Positions 54,818 through 63,808 of a stretch of DNA of 64,000 nucleotides are shown here, piece after piece; the first letter of the stretch is position 1, and every line of letters begins with the position of its first letter. This stretch comes from an uncultured Candidatus Saccharibacteria bacterium. Its GTDB lineage: Bacteria; Patescibacteriota; Minisyncoccia; UBA6257; WO2-44-18. The notes beneath the pieces were generated by a model. The model ran no database searches. It was not told where the DNA came from and saw nothing but the letters and a program-made list of their open reading frames with translations. The stretch spans positions 82,824 to 146,823 of the forward strand of contig CAZWVU010000002.1 in assembly GCA_964637575.1 (NCBI GenBank), in the 5' to 3' direction. Made by a program: the position numbers and the translations under genes.

Positions 54818-55216
54818 ATGAATCCAAAGAAATTTCTCCAAATCGGTGGCGCAGTCCTCGTATTAGTAGGGATCCTTGGTTTCGTCGGCGTCCTCGGGCC
54901 GACTGCCGAACAGTCAATTTTCGGCAGCAGCTGGTGGTTTGATGGCGGCGAAAACTGGGCTCATCTGATCCTGGGCGTAGTCGGTCTCATCGCTTCTTTT
55001 GCGCTGGGAGCCGGATATCAGCGCGTCCTGGTTCGGTTGTTGGGTTGGATCGGCATCCTGGTAGGGCTGTACAGTCTGTTCATCAGCAACAGCTTCCTCG
55101 GCGCCAATCTTGAGAACCCGATGGACACGCTTCTTCATCTGGCAGTCGGTGTGTGGGCGCTTCTTGCCGCGAAAGGCAGCAAGGCTCCCGCTCCCGCCCC
55201 GATGATGCAGCAATAG
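54818..55216 (+). CDS. Small polytopic membrane protein, hypothetical
   Basis: Four hydrophobic helices. Confidence 0.4.
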   Translation: MNPKKFLQIGGAVLVLVGILGFVGVLGPTAEQSIFGSSWWFDGGENWAHLILGVVGLIASFALGAGYQRVLVRLLGWIGILVGLYSLFISNSFLGANLENPMDTLLHLAVGVWALLAAKGSKAPAPAPMMQQ

Positions 55217-55222
55217 TCTAGT

Positions 55223-55487
55223 CCAGGGAATTTACATTAGCTCTTCCCGCGTTGTGAGGCAAAATGTTCCGACTCGCGAAGTCGAGCCAGTGTGAGCTGT
55301 AGACTCTACTGCCACACTGGGAGACGAGCGAGCGGACATTTTGACCACAACCCTTCGGGACACGCGAATTTTACTGCAGCGCTGTGTGATTCGGACTTGA
55401 AGTAGAGTCTACATCTGCGTCCTCACCACTTCGCGCTGACAGATAAAATTCGCGGTGTCGCGGGGGAGATTAATGTAAATTTCCTGG
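55223..55487. mobile_element. MITE-like nested-palindrome element (about 265 bp) with 18-bp terminal inverted repeats CCAGGGAATTTACATTAG / ATTAATGTAAATTTCCTGG
   Basis: Terminal inverted repeats lie at 55223-55240 and 55469-55487. Inner inverted repeats GTAGACTCTAC (55299) / GTAGAGTCTAC (55403) are present, and there is no ORF. Confidence 0.4.
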
Positions 55488-55495
55488 ACCACATA

Positions 55496-55527
55496 AAAAT
55501 CGCCCTGTGAGGGGGCGGTTTTTATTT
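55496..55527 (+). terminator. Intrinsic terminator
   Basis: CGCCC-TGTGAGG-GGGCG followed by GTTTTTATTT. Confidence 0.5.
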
Positions 55528-55536
55528 ACTAATGAA

Positions 55537-55601
55537 GCTCCGCCTCCTTCCCGCAGACAGGATTGTAGCCCGACGTCCTGGCGAGGAGAAGGAGGCGGAG
55601 C
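55537..55601 (+). repeat. Hairpin repeat element copy C (same 37-nt core, one substitution; different but complementary outer stem CTCCGCCTCCTTC / GAAGGAGGCGGAG)
   Basis: The core CCGCAGACAGGATTGTAGCCCGACGTCCTGGCGAGGA is shared with copies A and B. Outer stem sequences differ yet remain perfectly complementary. Confidence 0.75.
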
Positions 55602-55610
55602 TGTGGTAAT

Positions 55611-56348
55611 ATGGAGGGTATGAAAAAAAGCACCTCCTGGGGCGGAGAATCCGTCGTCGGGCATTACCAGCAGCATGTGATCCTTCCGAACCTCACCCGC
55701 CTGATCGCGCCAAAAAAAGGCGAGTTGATTGTTGATCTCGGCTGCGGCGAAGGTTTTTTTGCAAAGAAATTTGCCCACGACGGCGCGCAGGTCATCGGCT
55801 TCGACGTCTCGAAAGAGCTGATCGAAAAAGCGAAAGAAACCGCCGGGAAAAATGAAGAATACCATGTCGGCTCCGCCGAGCGGCTTCCCCTGCTCAAAAA
55901 CAGCGCTGCCGACAAAATTACCATCATTCTTGCCATTCAGAATATGGATAATGCCCACGCCGTGCTCAAAGAGTGCCATCGTATCCTGAAGCCGGGCGGC
56001 AGGCTTTACATCGTGATGAACCACCCGGCCTTCCGCGTGCCGAAAGCGAGCGACTGGGTTTGGGATGAAGCCAATCAGATCCAGTACCGCCGCGTGGATT
56101 CTTATTTGAGCGAGTCCAAAGCGAAGATCGAAATGCATCCCGGCGAAAAAAACAGCGAGTACACCATTTCCTTCCACCGGCCGCTCCAGCTCTATTTCAA
56201 ACTGCTCAAAAACGCCGGATTCTGCGTGACGAACTTGGAGGAATGGATTTCCGACAAAAAAAGCGAGCCGGGACCGCGCGCGGAAGCTGAAAACCGCACC
56301 CGGAAAGAAATTCCGCTTTTTCTTTTTCTGGAGGCAAATAAGGTATAA
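55611..56348 (+). CDS. Class I SAM-dependent methyltransferase
   Basis: SAM-binding motif I VDLGCGEGFF, with an acidic residue after beta-2 (GFDVS). Confidence 0.85.
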   Translation: MEGMKKSTSWGGESVVGHYQQHVILPNLTRLIAPKKGELIVDLGCGEGFFAKKFAHDGAQVIGFDVSKELIEKAKETAGKNEEYHVGSAERLPLLKNSAADKITIILAIQNMDNAHAVLKECHRILKPGGRLYIVMNHPAFRVPKASDWVWDEANQIQYRRVDSYLSESKAKIEMHPGEKNSEYTISFHRPLQLYFKLLKNAGFCVTNLEEWISDKKSEPGPRAEAENRTRKEIPLFLFLEANKV

Positions 56349-56356
56349 TTTTCTCA

Positions 56357-57073
56357 ATGCGGCTTCATAGATTTATCGGCAATTTTGACTTCACCAAGAA
56401 ACCGCTCCGCGTCGAGGATAAGGAGCTGGCGCATCAGCTGAAAAACGTCTTCCGGATGAAACCGGGCGGGCAGGTAATGCTGGTCAACAACACGCTCCAG
56501 GAAGCGGTGGCAGAAATCAAAACGCTAGGCCGGGATTCGGTTGAGTTTGAAGTAATGGCAACCACGGAAAATAAAAAGGAGCCGGGCATTGAAACGACGC
56601 TGTTCTGCGCGGTCATCAAAAAAGAGCATTTCGAGCTTGTCGTCCAAAAAGCCACGGAAGCCGGAGTGACGGAGATTGTTCCGATTGTCACGAAGCACAC
56701 GGTCAAACTGTCCCTCCGCAAGGACCGCCTAGAAAAGATCGCCAAGGAAGCCGCCGAGCAGTCCGGCCGCGGTATCATTCCGGCAATCGGCGACGTGATT
56801 ACCTTCGAGCAGGCGCTCCGCCACGCGAAAGATTACCAGGCCAATCTTTTTTTCGAGCCGGGCGCGCCGCTCTTCAGCCAGGAACGCCTCCGCAATTCCG
56901 GCGCTACACGCGCCAGCATCTTCATCGGGCCCGAAGGCGGCTGGGATGACGCGGAAATTGAAACCGCCCGCCTCCATGACCTTAAAGTCATCGGACTCGG
57001 CGGACTCACACTCCGATCCGAGACTGCCGCGATTATTGCAACGTATCTCGTTGCCAATGCCGCGAATTTCTAG
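56357..57073 (+). CDS. rsmE: 16S rRNA (uracil1498-N3)-methyltransferase RsmE
   Basis: PUA-like N-terminus and a SPOUT C-terminus with the FIGPEGGW motif. Confidence 0.88.
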   Translation: MRLHRFIGNFDFTKKPLRVEDKELAHQLKNVFRMKPGGQVMLVNNTLQEAVAEIKTLGRDSVEFEVMATTENKKEPGIETTLFCAVIKKEHFELVVQKATEAGVTEIVPIVTKHTVKLSLRKDRLEKIAKEAAEQSGRGIIPAIGDVITFEQALRHAKDYQANLFFEPGAPLFSQERLRNSGATRASIFIGPEGGWDDAEIETARLHDLKVIGLGGLTLRSETAAIIATYLVANAANF

Positions 57074-57107
57074 TACGCTTTGTAAAGTTTTTTGATAAGG
57101 AGAGTTT

Positions 57108-58301
57108 GTGAAAGAGAAGAAGAAAGCCCTGCGCGACGGCACGCGTCTGCTTCATGACGGCTCCTATGAGCCCGCCGCGTTCGGCGGCCATCTGAACACG
57201 CCTCTTTTTCTGGACGTAGCGCCGGTGATGCCGAGTATGGAAGAAGCCTGCCGGCGTTTCGAATCGGCGGAGCGGGGCGTCACCTACATGCGCAAAGGCC
57301 ATGTCAACGCCCGAGTCCTCGAACAAAAACTGGCGGCCATGGAAGGCGCTGAAGACGCGCTGGTCTTCTCGTCCGGAATGGCGGCGACCAACTGCCTGCT
57401 GCTCGACGTGGTGCCGCGGAATTTCCGGATCGTGTCCCAGCAGTGCGTCTATGGAGGCACGCTGGGTTTCCTCACCAAAGATCTGGTGGATGCCGGCCGG
57501 CATGTCTGGTTTGTGGAACATCCGCTGAATCATGACGAGTGGTGGAAAGCGATCCATCACGATCTGACCGCCGCCGTCTGGGTGGAGATGCCTTCGAATC
57601 CGCGGATCGATCTGGTTGAACTGGACGATATCGCGGCGATGTGCCGCGAACAGGGCGTTCTCCTGATCGTGGACAACACGTTCGCGCCGCTCTATTTCCC
57701 GCCGCTGCAACACGGTGCCGACATCGTCCTCCGCTCCTGCACGAAGTATGAAAATCCGGGTAACACCAGCATGCTCGGCGCGATCATGGGAACGCGCAAC
57801 GTGATCAGCAAAATCCGCAACGGACGCTATGAGCGCCTGGGCGCCCAGGCAAACCCGCTGGACTGCTGGCTCACTGAAGCCGGACTCCGCGTGCTCGACA
57901 TCCGGATGGAACGGCACTGCGGTAATGCGCTGAAAGTAGCCCGTTTCCTTGCCTCGCACCGCAGCGTGAAGTCGGTCAATTACCCCGGACTGGAAACTTC
58001 GCTGCATCACGCGCTCGCGCGGAAATACATGCCGAAGGGCTGCGGCGCCATTCTCTCCTTCGAAATGAACACCGAGCGCCAGGCCGTCAATTTCGTCCAA
58101 TCGCTCGAACTTTTCAGCCACGTCATCTCGCTCGGCGACGTCCGTTCGATCGTCACCTACCCCGCCAAGACGACCCATTCCAAGGCGCCGGCGGAAATGC
58201 GGGCGAAAATGGAAATTTCCGAAACCCTCATCCGTCTTTCGGTGGGCATTGAGGATCCGGACGACCTTATCGCCGATCTTCAGCAGGCGCTGAAACAGTA
58301 A
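57108..58301 (+). CDS. PLP-dependent Cys/Met-metabolism enzyme (cystathionine gamma-synthase/beta-lyase family)
   Basis: SSGMAATN and SCTKY (PLP-Lys) motifs. The usual G-H-x-D after TKY is replaced by ENPGNTSMLG. Confidence 0.7.
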   Translation: MKEKKKALRDGTRLLHDGSYEPAAFGGHLNTPLFLDVAPVMPSMEEACRRFESAERGVTYMRKGHVNARVLEQKLAAMEGAEDALVFSSGMAATNCLLLDVVPRNFRIVSQQCVYGGTLGFLTKDLVDAGRHVWFVEHPLNHDEWWKAIHHDLTAAVWVEMPSNPRIDLVELDDIAAMCREQGVLLIVDNTFAPLYFPPLQHGADIVLRSCTKYENPGNTSMLGAIMGTRNVISKIRNGRYERLGAQANPLDCWLTEAGLRVLDIRMERHCGNALKVARFLASHRSVKSVNYPGLETSLHHALARKYMPKGCGAILSFEMNTERQAVNFVQSLELFSHVISLGDVRSIVTYPAKTTHSKAPAEMRAKMEISETLIRLSVGIEDPDDLIADLQQALKQ

Positions 58302-58308
58302 CGAAACC

Positions 58309-58341
58309 AAATCCCCCGGAGTATCCAGGGGATTTTTTTAT
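58309..58341 (+). terminator. Intrinsic terminator
   Basis: AAATCCCCCGG-AGTATC-CAGGGGGATTT followed by TTTTT. Confidence 0.7.
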
Positions 58342-58433
58342 TGCGCCGGCGTTCAACGCGCTAACTGGAAAATCCGGTTGGAAATTGATACTATGCTTAG
58401 TAGCACGTTGACCCGCAAGGGTTTGGAGGTTCT

Positions 58434-58949
58434 ATGGATTCCGAACCTGAAGAATCCGCGCCGACGTACGACCACCTGCAGCGATTGTACGACAACACGA
58501 TTGTACTTCTGATGACCGACAATCCCGATTCTGAAAATCTCAGCTGGGAAGATATCCTGATTGACGGATTCCTGGAAACTGCGACGGGAATGGATCCGGC
58601 GGAAATGCCGGCCGATGTCCATGAATTTCTCAAAGAATGGTCGCTGAAGCACGGGCATGTGTTCGCGTCGTCCCAGACACACGACGACGAACCGGCGGCT
58701 AACGAACAGGAAGTGGTGAAACGTCATGTGGAAAGCCACAGAAACACGCTCCGGCTTCTGGCTTCGCTCTTTGATTGGATCGCGGAAGAGGCGCCCAAAA
58801 GCATGCCGCCGCGCATCATTGAGTGCATCCTCCATATGTACAACGAACAGATGTCTTCCAACCGCGGCTGCATCGCCCACAAACTCTACGGCGCCGACGA
58901 AGACCTGGATGATCCGGAAGAAGAAGACACCGACGAAGAAATAACCTAA
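58434..58949 (+). CDS. Acidic hypothetical protein upstream of dinB
   Basis: GGAGG ribosome-binding site 5 nt upstream. Highly acidic termini (DEDLDDPEEEDTDEE). Confidence 0.4.
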   Translation: MDSEPEESAPTYDHLQRLYDNTIVLLMTDNPDSENLSWEDILIDGFLETATGMDPAEMPADVHEFLKEWSLKHGHVFASSQTHDDEPAANEQEVVKRHVESHRNTLRLLASLFDWIAEEAPKSMPPRIIECILHMYNEQMSSNRGCIAHKLYGADEDLDDPEEEDTDEEIT

Positions 58950-58960
58950 ACGACTCGCAT

Positions 58961-60115
58961 ATGAGTCGTTTTTTTGTTGACCTGTTCCTGTATGCTTATG
59001 GTGTGAGAATTATTGCTCATCTCGATATGGACGCCTTCTTCGCTTCAATCGAAGAACGCGACCATCCGCGCTACCGCGGCAAACCGCTTGTCGTCGGCGC
59101 CGATCCGGAGGAAGGCCGCGGCCGCGGCATTGTCTCCACGGCAAATTACGCCGCCCGCAAATTCGGCATTCACTCCGCGATGCCTATTTCCACCGCCTGG
59201 CGGCTCGCGGAAAAAGCCCGGCTGGCTGGCGCGCCCCGGACAATCTTTGTCGGCGGCCATTACCGTAATTATTCCGCGACTTCCGCGCGCCTCATAGCTA
59301 TCGTCAGACACATTGTGCCGCTCGTGGAGCAGGCCAGCGTGGATGAGGCCTACCTCGATCTCAGCTTCGCCAAGACGTATGCGTGGGCAGAGAAAATCGC
59401 TTTGAAAATAAAGGTGGAGATCAAAAAGAAAGAAAAGTTGACCTGCTCCATCGGCATCGGCCCCAACAAACTGATCGCCAAAATTGCCGTAGGTATGCAC
59501 AAACCCGACGGCCTGACCGTCGTCCCCGAAAAAGACGCCGAAACATTTCTTGAACCGCTCCCGATCCGCACCATTCCCGGCGTCGGACCGAAAACAGAGA
59601 GCGTCTTCGGCGTCCGCGGTATTCGTACCGTCAAAGACCTCAAGCGTTTCAGCCGGTCCGAGCTTTCCGACTGGCTGGGCAAATGGGGCTACGTTCTCTA
59701 TGACCGGATCCGCGGGCGCGACGACTCGCCGGTTGTGGAAGAATACGAGGTGAAATCCATCGGCGAGCAGACCACGTTCCGGGAAGACACCCGGGACGCC
59801 AGTCTGGTCACCGAGGAAATGAAAGCCCTGTGCGCCAGCGTCATCCGGAGTTTTCTTCAGAGCGATTTCCGTTCGTTCCGCACCGTCAGCATCACCGTCC
59901 GGTTTGAGGACTTTGAAACCAAGACTCGCGCCCACACACTTTCCGAAACCAAGGATAAAATCGGCAATCTTTTCGAACAGCAGTCTCCGAAAAAACTCAC
60001 CGAGTTTCTCCAGTTTGAAGCGATGAAACTTCTTGCCCCATTTTTCGATACACGTGAAAATCCCCGGCGCAAAAAGATCCGGTTAGTGGGGGTAAGAATA
60101 GAAAAACTTGTCTGA
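58961..60115 (+). CDS. dinB: DNA polymerase IV (Y-family, DinB)
   Basis: HLDMDAFFASIEERD (catalytic DMD), and SIGIGPNKLIAKIA ... KPDG palm/finger motifs. Little-finger domain at the C-terminus. Confidence 0.9.
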   Translation: MSRFFVDLFLYAYGVRIIAHLDMDAFFASIEERDHPRYRGKPLVVGADPEEGRGRGIVSTANYAARKFGIHSAMPISTAWRLAEKARLAGAPRTIFVGGHYRNYSATSARLIAIVRHIVPLVEQASVDEAYLDLSFAKTYAWAEKIALKIKVEIKKKEKLTCSIGIGPNKLIAKIAVGMHKPDGLTVVPEKDAETFLEPLPIRTIPGVGPKTESVFGVRGIRTVKDLKRFSRSELSDWLGKWGYVLYDRIRGRDDSPVVEEYEVKSIGEQTTFREDTRDASLVTEEMKALCASVIRSFLQSDFRSFRTVSITVRFEDFETKTRAHTLSETKDKIGNLFEQQSPKKLTEFLQFEAMKLLAPFFDTRENPRRKKIRLVGVRIEKLV

Positions 60116-60194
60116 TTTGGTATTATTAAACCTATCAACCAAAAAGGACGCCTGCTTGACATTTTAACCAAATTAATTTAATATTTCCCCTATC

Positions 60195-63185
60195 ATGACC
60201 AAATCCAAAAAGGTTCCGCAGCGATCGATTTCCCGAAAGGTCCAGGCAATTCTTACCGGTACCGCCATTCTTTTTCAATTGGCATTGCCGGTTTTTTCAT
60301 TCGCGACCACGCCCGTAACGCTTTTCAGCGACGGATTTGAATCCAACGACTTCAGCCATTGGACGTCCGCGGACAACACCGGCTCGGCGGGCAAATGGGA
60401 CGTGCTCGGCGGCGATGTTCACGCCGGCAGTAAGAAAGCCGAAATGAAAGGCAGCACCAGCAGCGACATGAGTATTGCCAAAACCCAGTCCACTGCTGGA
60501 TATGAAAACATCGTACTCTCCTACTGGTACAAAGTTGTTTCCGGCAAAGAGCTGGAATCCAACGATCATCTCTATGTTGAATGGTCCGTTAACGGCACGG
60601 GCTGGACTCAACTCACTGATTACTCCGCCGCGCCCTCCAGTTCTTCCTGGACGCAGGCCAGTTTCAGCTTGCCGGCCGGCACCGCCAACCAGAGCGGGTT
60701 CCGCTTCCGTTTCCGCGCCAATATGGACTCGGCCAACGACCTTGTACGTTTTGATGATGTGGCACTCACCGGCACCGCAATTGTGACGCCTCCCCCGGCC
60801 GTGACCGGTTCCATCTCCGGCATGAAGTTCGGCGATGCCAACGCCAATGGCGTCCAGGATAACGGCGAAGCCGGCCTTTCCGGCTGGACGATCACCTTGT
60901 CCGGTCCGGCGAGCGCCTCCGCTGTTACCAATGCGGGCGGAAATTATTCTTTCGCCTCCCTTGCCGACGGTACCTATACTGTTTGCGAAACAATGCAGTC
61001 CGGCTGGAGCCAGACTTTCCCGGCGAGCGGTGCTGCGTGCACAGGCGGCTTTGGGTATTCCGTCACGATCAGCGGCGGCAACACGGTGAGCGGCGAAAAT
61101 TTCGGCAACGTTCAGCACGGCCACCTGATCGTCACGAAAGTTACCGATCCGGCGAATGATGCCCAGCAGTTTTCCATTACCGCGACTGGCGACGGCACGG
61201 TCTTCAGCAACGCCACCCAGAATATTTCCGCCCTTTCCCCGGTTAATTACGAAGTTAATCCGGGAACCTATTCCGTGAGCGAAGCCGCAGTCTCGGGCTG
61301 GTCCAATACCGGCAATACCTGCGTGAATATCACGGTGGCGGCTGGTGCCACGGCGACCTGCACGATCACCAACACCAAGTTCGGCTCCATTTCCGTTATT
61401 AAAATCGCCGATCCTGCCCAGGGCACGTTCGGTTTCACTCTGACCGGCGGCGATTACTCCCAGACCCAGAGCGTGACGATCGGCCAGAACAGCAATACCA
61501 CGGTCTTTTCCAGCCTGATGCCCGGCGCCTACACCCTGACCGAAAGCTCCGTTCCGGAAGACTGGACGAATGCCAGCATGACAACCAACTGCGGCGGCAC
61601 GATCACCCTTTCCGCCGGCGGCAGCGTGACCTGCACGATCAATAACACCCAGTATGCCGTTATCACTGGCAAAAAGTTCAATGACCTGAACGCCAATGGT
61701 GTGAATGACAGCGAACCGGCACTTTCCGCCTGGACAATGACGCTCACCGGCACTGATGAAAACCAGAATCCGGTCAACAGCTCCGTCCAGACCGATGAGA
61801 ACGGCAATTACTCGTTCACCAGTCTGATGCCGGGCACCTATACCGTCTGCGAGCAGATGCAGGAGGGCTGGCACCAGTCCGCTCCCGCGAGCGGCGCCGA
61901 TTGCCAGGGTTCCAATGGTTACACGGTCACGGTAACCGCGGGCGCCACCGCCGGCAACAATGATTTCGGAAACTTCCAGGACAACGACGCCCCGGTAAGT
62001 TCCTTCAACGATCCGCTTGATCACAAAGTAATCAACACGGAGATTGTTTCGCTCAACTTGAGCGGCACCTCGGCCGACCAGGTTTCCGGCGTGCAAACCC
62101 TTGAGCTGACGGTTGCCGAAATCGGCGGCCCCGATTCCGTCGCGCAATATCCGTCCTCCAGCTTTTTCGACGTCTTCACGCCGCTTGATTGCGCGACCGC
62201 CCAGCCCGTCGCGACCGAACTCGTTTCGCTGACGCTGACGAACGGCGCCTGGAGCCACGACTGGACTCCCGCCGAATCTGGCCTCTATTGCTTCAGTTTG
62301 AAAGCGACTGACAAAGTCGGCAATGTTGAAACCAGCGTCTTCGCCGGACCGGTTGCCTATGTGCCGGTGGTGCAGATTTCCAATCAGAACGCCGGTACGC
62401 CGGGCGAAACTTCGTTCACCGTCACCTGGGACACCGACAAGCCGGCGACCAGCCGCGTAGTGTTCGACACGGTTCCCCACGCCACGCTCGGCACCCAGCC
62501 GAACTACGGCTATGCGCTTTCCAGCGTTGAATCCGATGTTGATCCGACGGTTATCAACCACTCCGTCACCCTCTCCGGCCTCACCTCCGGTACGACCTAC
62601 TACTATCGCGTGATCTCCCACGCCTCTCCGGAATCCGTAAGCTCCGAGGGCAGCTTCACGACCGCGACCCCGGCGCCTGCACCGGCTCCGGAGCAGCCGC
62701 CTGTGAATACCGATAATACTTCCGGTAGTGGTGGCACTTCTTCCAGCGGCGGATCCGGTTCCTCCGGCGGTGGCGGCAACGCGACCAATGATCCGAGCGT
62801 AAATAACGATCCGGGCAGCTTTATTCCGGGATGTTCTCCGAGCGGTTGCACGCTCGCGACCCAGGGCGGCAATTCCAATCAGGAAACGCCTGCTCCGAAT
62901 CCGACGTTAGCACTTGCCAACACGTCCGGCCCGGTTACCGGCGGCAATGAAGTCGGCAATTCCGGCGAAAACGCTGCACCTTCCAACGAAGTAGCGGCCG
63001 CGCCCGCCGGAAATGAAGCTCCGGCGGCCGAACAACCGGCGGCGCAAAACCCTGGCCTGCTCGCGGCGCTCGGCAGTCTTATCGGATTCGGCGGCAGTCC
63101 CTGGTCCAGCCTTCTTTTCTGGATCGTGGTGCTGCTTGCGATCTATCTGACCTACCGCCAATTCCGGAAAAAGAACAACCAATAA
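60195..63185 (+). CDS. Large cell-surface adhesin-like protein: lectin-like N-domain, SdrD/Cna-B-type and DUF11-type repeats, Fn3-like domain, Ser/Gly-rich stalk, C-terminal TM anchor
   Basis: Signal peptide. Repeated blocks of the form GxKFxDxNANGVxDxxEPxLSxWTxTL (at 60830 and 61680). A C-terminal Fn3-like segment (FTVTWDTDKPATSRVVFDT ... YYYRVIS), a GSGG-rich stretch and a final TM plus RKKNNQ. Confidence 0.75.
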   Translation: MTKSKKVPQRSISRKVQAILTGTAILFQLALPVFSFATTPVTLFSDGFESNDFSHWTSADNTGSAGKWDVLGGDVHAGSKKAEMKGSTSSDMSIAKTQSTAGYENIVLSYWYKVVSGKELESNDHLYVEWSVNGTGWTQLTDYSAAPSSSSWTQASFSLPAGTANQSGFRFRFRANMDSANDLVRFDDVALTGTAIVTPPPAVTGSISGMKFGDANANGVQDNGEAGLSGWTITLSGPASASAVTNAGGNYSFASLADGTYTVCETMQSGWSQTFPASGAACTGGFGYSVTISGGNTVSGENFGNVQHGHLIVTKVTDPANDAQQFSITATGDGTVFSNATQNISALSPVNYEVNPGTYSVSEAAVSGWSNTGNTCVNITVAAGATATCTITNTKFGSISVIKIADPAQGTFGFTLTGGDYSQTQSVTIGQNSNTTVFSSLMPGAYTLTESSVPEDWTNASMTTNCGGTITLSAGGSVTCTINNTQYAVITGKKFNDLNANGVNDSEPALSAWTMTLTGTDENQNPVNSSVQTDENGNYSFTSLMPGTYTVCEQMQEGWHQSAPASGADCQGSNGYTVTVTAGATAGNNDFGNFQDNDAPVSSFNDPLDHKVINTEIVSLNLSGTSADQVSGVQTLELTVAEIGGPDSVAQYPSSSFFDVFTPLDCATAQPVATELVSLTLTNGAWSHDWTPAESGLYCFSLKATDKVGNVETSVFAGPVAYVPVVQISNQNAGTPGETSFTVTWDTDKPATSRVVFDTVPHATLGTQPNYGYALSSVESDVDPTVINHSVTLSGLTSGTTYYYRVISHASPESVSSEGSFTTATPAPAPAPEQPPVNTDNTSGSGGTSSSGGSGSSGGGGNATNDPSVNNDPGSFIPGCSPSGCTLATQGGNSNQETPAPNPTLALANTSGPVTGGNEVGNSGENAAPSNEVAAAPAGNEAPAAEQPAAQNPGLLAALGSLIGFGGSPWSSLLFWIVVLLAIYLTYRQFRKKNNQ

Positions 63186-63203
63186 AAAAGGTTGCGCGAA
63201 AAA

Positions 63204-63231
63204 AAATCGCCCTCAACGGGGCGATTTTTGC
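63204..63231 (+). terminator. Intrinsic terminator
   Basis: ATCGCCC-TCAACG-GGGCGAT followed by TTTT. Confidence 0.6.
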
Positions 63232-63246
63232 TGGTATAATAAAAGT

Positions 63247-63483
63247 ATGAATAAGACAACAACGGTGTTAATGATCCTTCTCCTCGTAATTATCGGCCTG
63301 GTCGCGCTGTACCTCATTTTCTATCCGCCCTTCGGCGACTCCAACCCTGCCAACACCACCTACACGCCCGGCACAAGCTACACTCCGCCGGCCAGCTCGC
63401 CTTCCACAGGCACCACGGTGAAGCCGCCTTACAACACCCAGACGCCCTCGGTTCCTTCCGGTCAGCCGAATCCTTACTACTAA
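63247..63483 (+). CDS. Small membrane protein with Pro/Thr/Ser-rich extracellular tail
   Basis: TATAAT lies 6 nt before the ATG (leaderless-type). One TM, then a PTS-rich tail. Confidence 0.4.
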   Translation: MNKTTTVLMILLLVIIGLVALYLIFYPPFGDSNPANTTYTPGTSYTPPASSPSTGTTVKPPYNTQTPSVPSGQPNPYY

Positions 63484-63779
63484 TCCCGGCGCTCTTTTTT
63501 CTCCTGACGTTCGCGGGCAATCCGTTCGATTTCCTCGTCGGTGAGGCCGTCGCGCAGGATCCGTTTCTTTTCCTCTTCCAACGCCGCGGCCCGCTCGTCT
63601 TCCTTCTGTTTGTGTTCCATCGCCCCCAAGACCCGCTTCTTCGCATATCTCCGCCGCTCCTCATCACTCATGAAATGCATTCCCGCCCAGCCTTCTTTCC
63701 GGGCTTCGTCCGACTCCTGGCGAAGCCGCTGTTCTTCCTCGTCAATTTTCTGCTCCAGCTCCTTCGGCTCTCGTTCCAT
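63480..63779 (-). CDS. Highly charged (Glu/Arg/Lys) hypothetical protein
   Basis: The start is assigned to the internal Met (MEREPKELEQ). Coiled-coil composition. Confidence 0.35.
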   Translation of the reverse strand: MEREPKELEQKIDEEEQRLRQESDEARKEGWAGMHFMSDEERRRYAKKRVLGAMEHKQKEDERAAALEEEKKRILRDGLTDEEIERIARERQEKKERRD

Positions 63780-63808
63780 ATGTTCACTATACCAATAAAA
63801 AAGAAGGG

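Noticed and set aside
57033-58310. 425-aa minus-strand ORF
   Set aside because: Antisense to the PLP-enzyme gene. The sense gene has the PLP lysine motif and a terminator after its stop.
60297-62621. 774-aa ORF on the minus strand
   Set aside because: It is antisense to the 996-aa adhesin gene. The translation is an Arg/Gly/Ala-rich low-complexity sequence typical of the reverse frame of GC-rich coding DNA. The sense-strand protein has clear domain structure, a signal peptide and a terminator.
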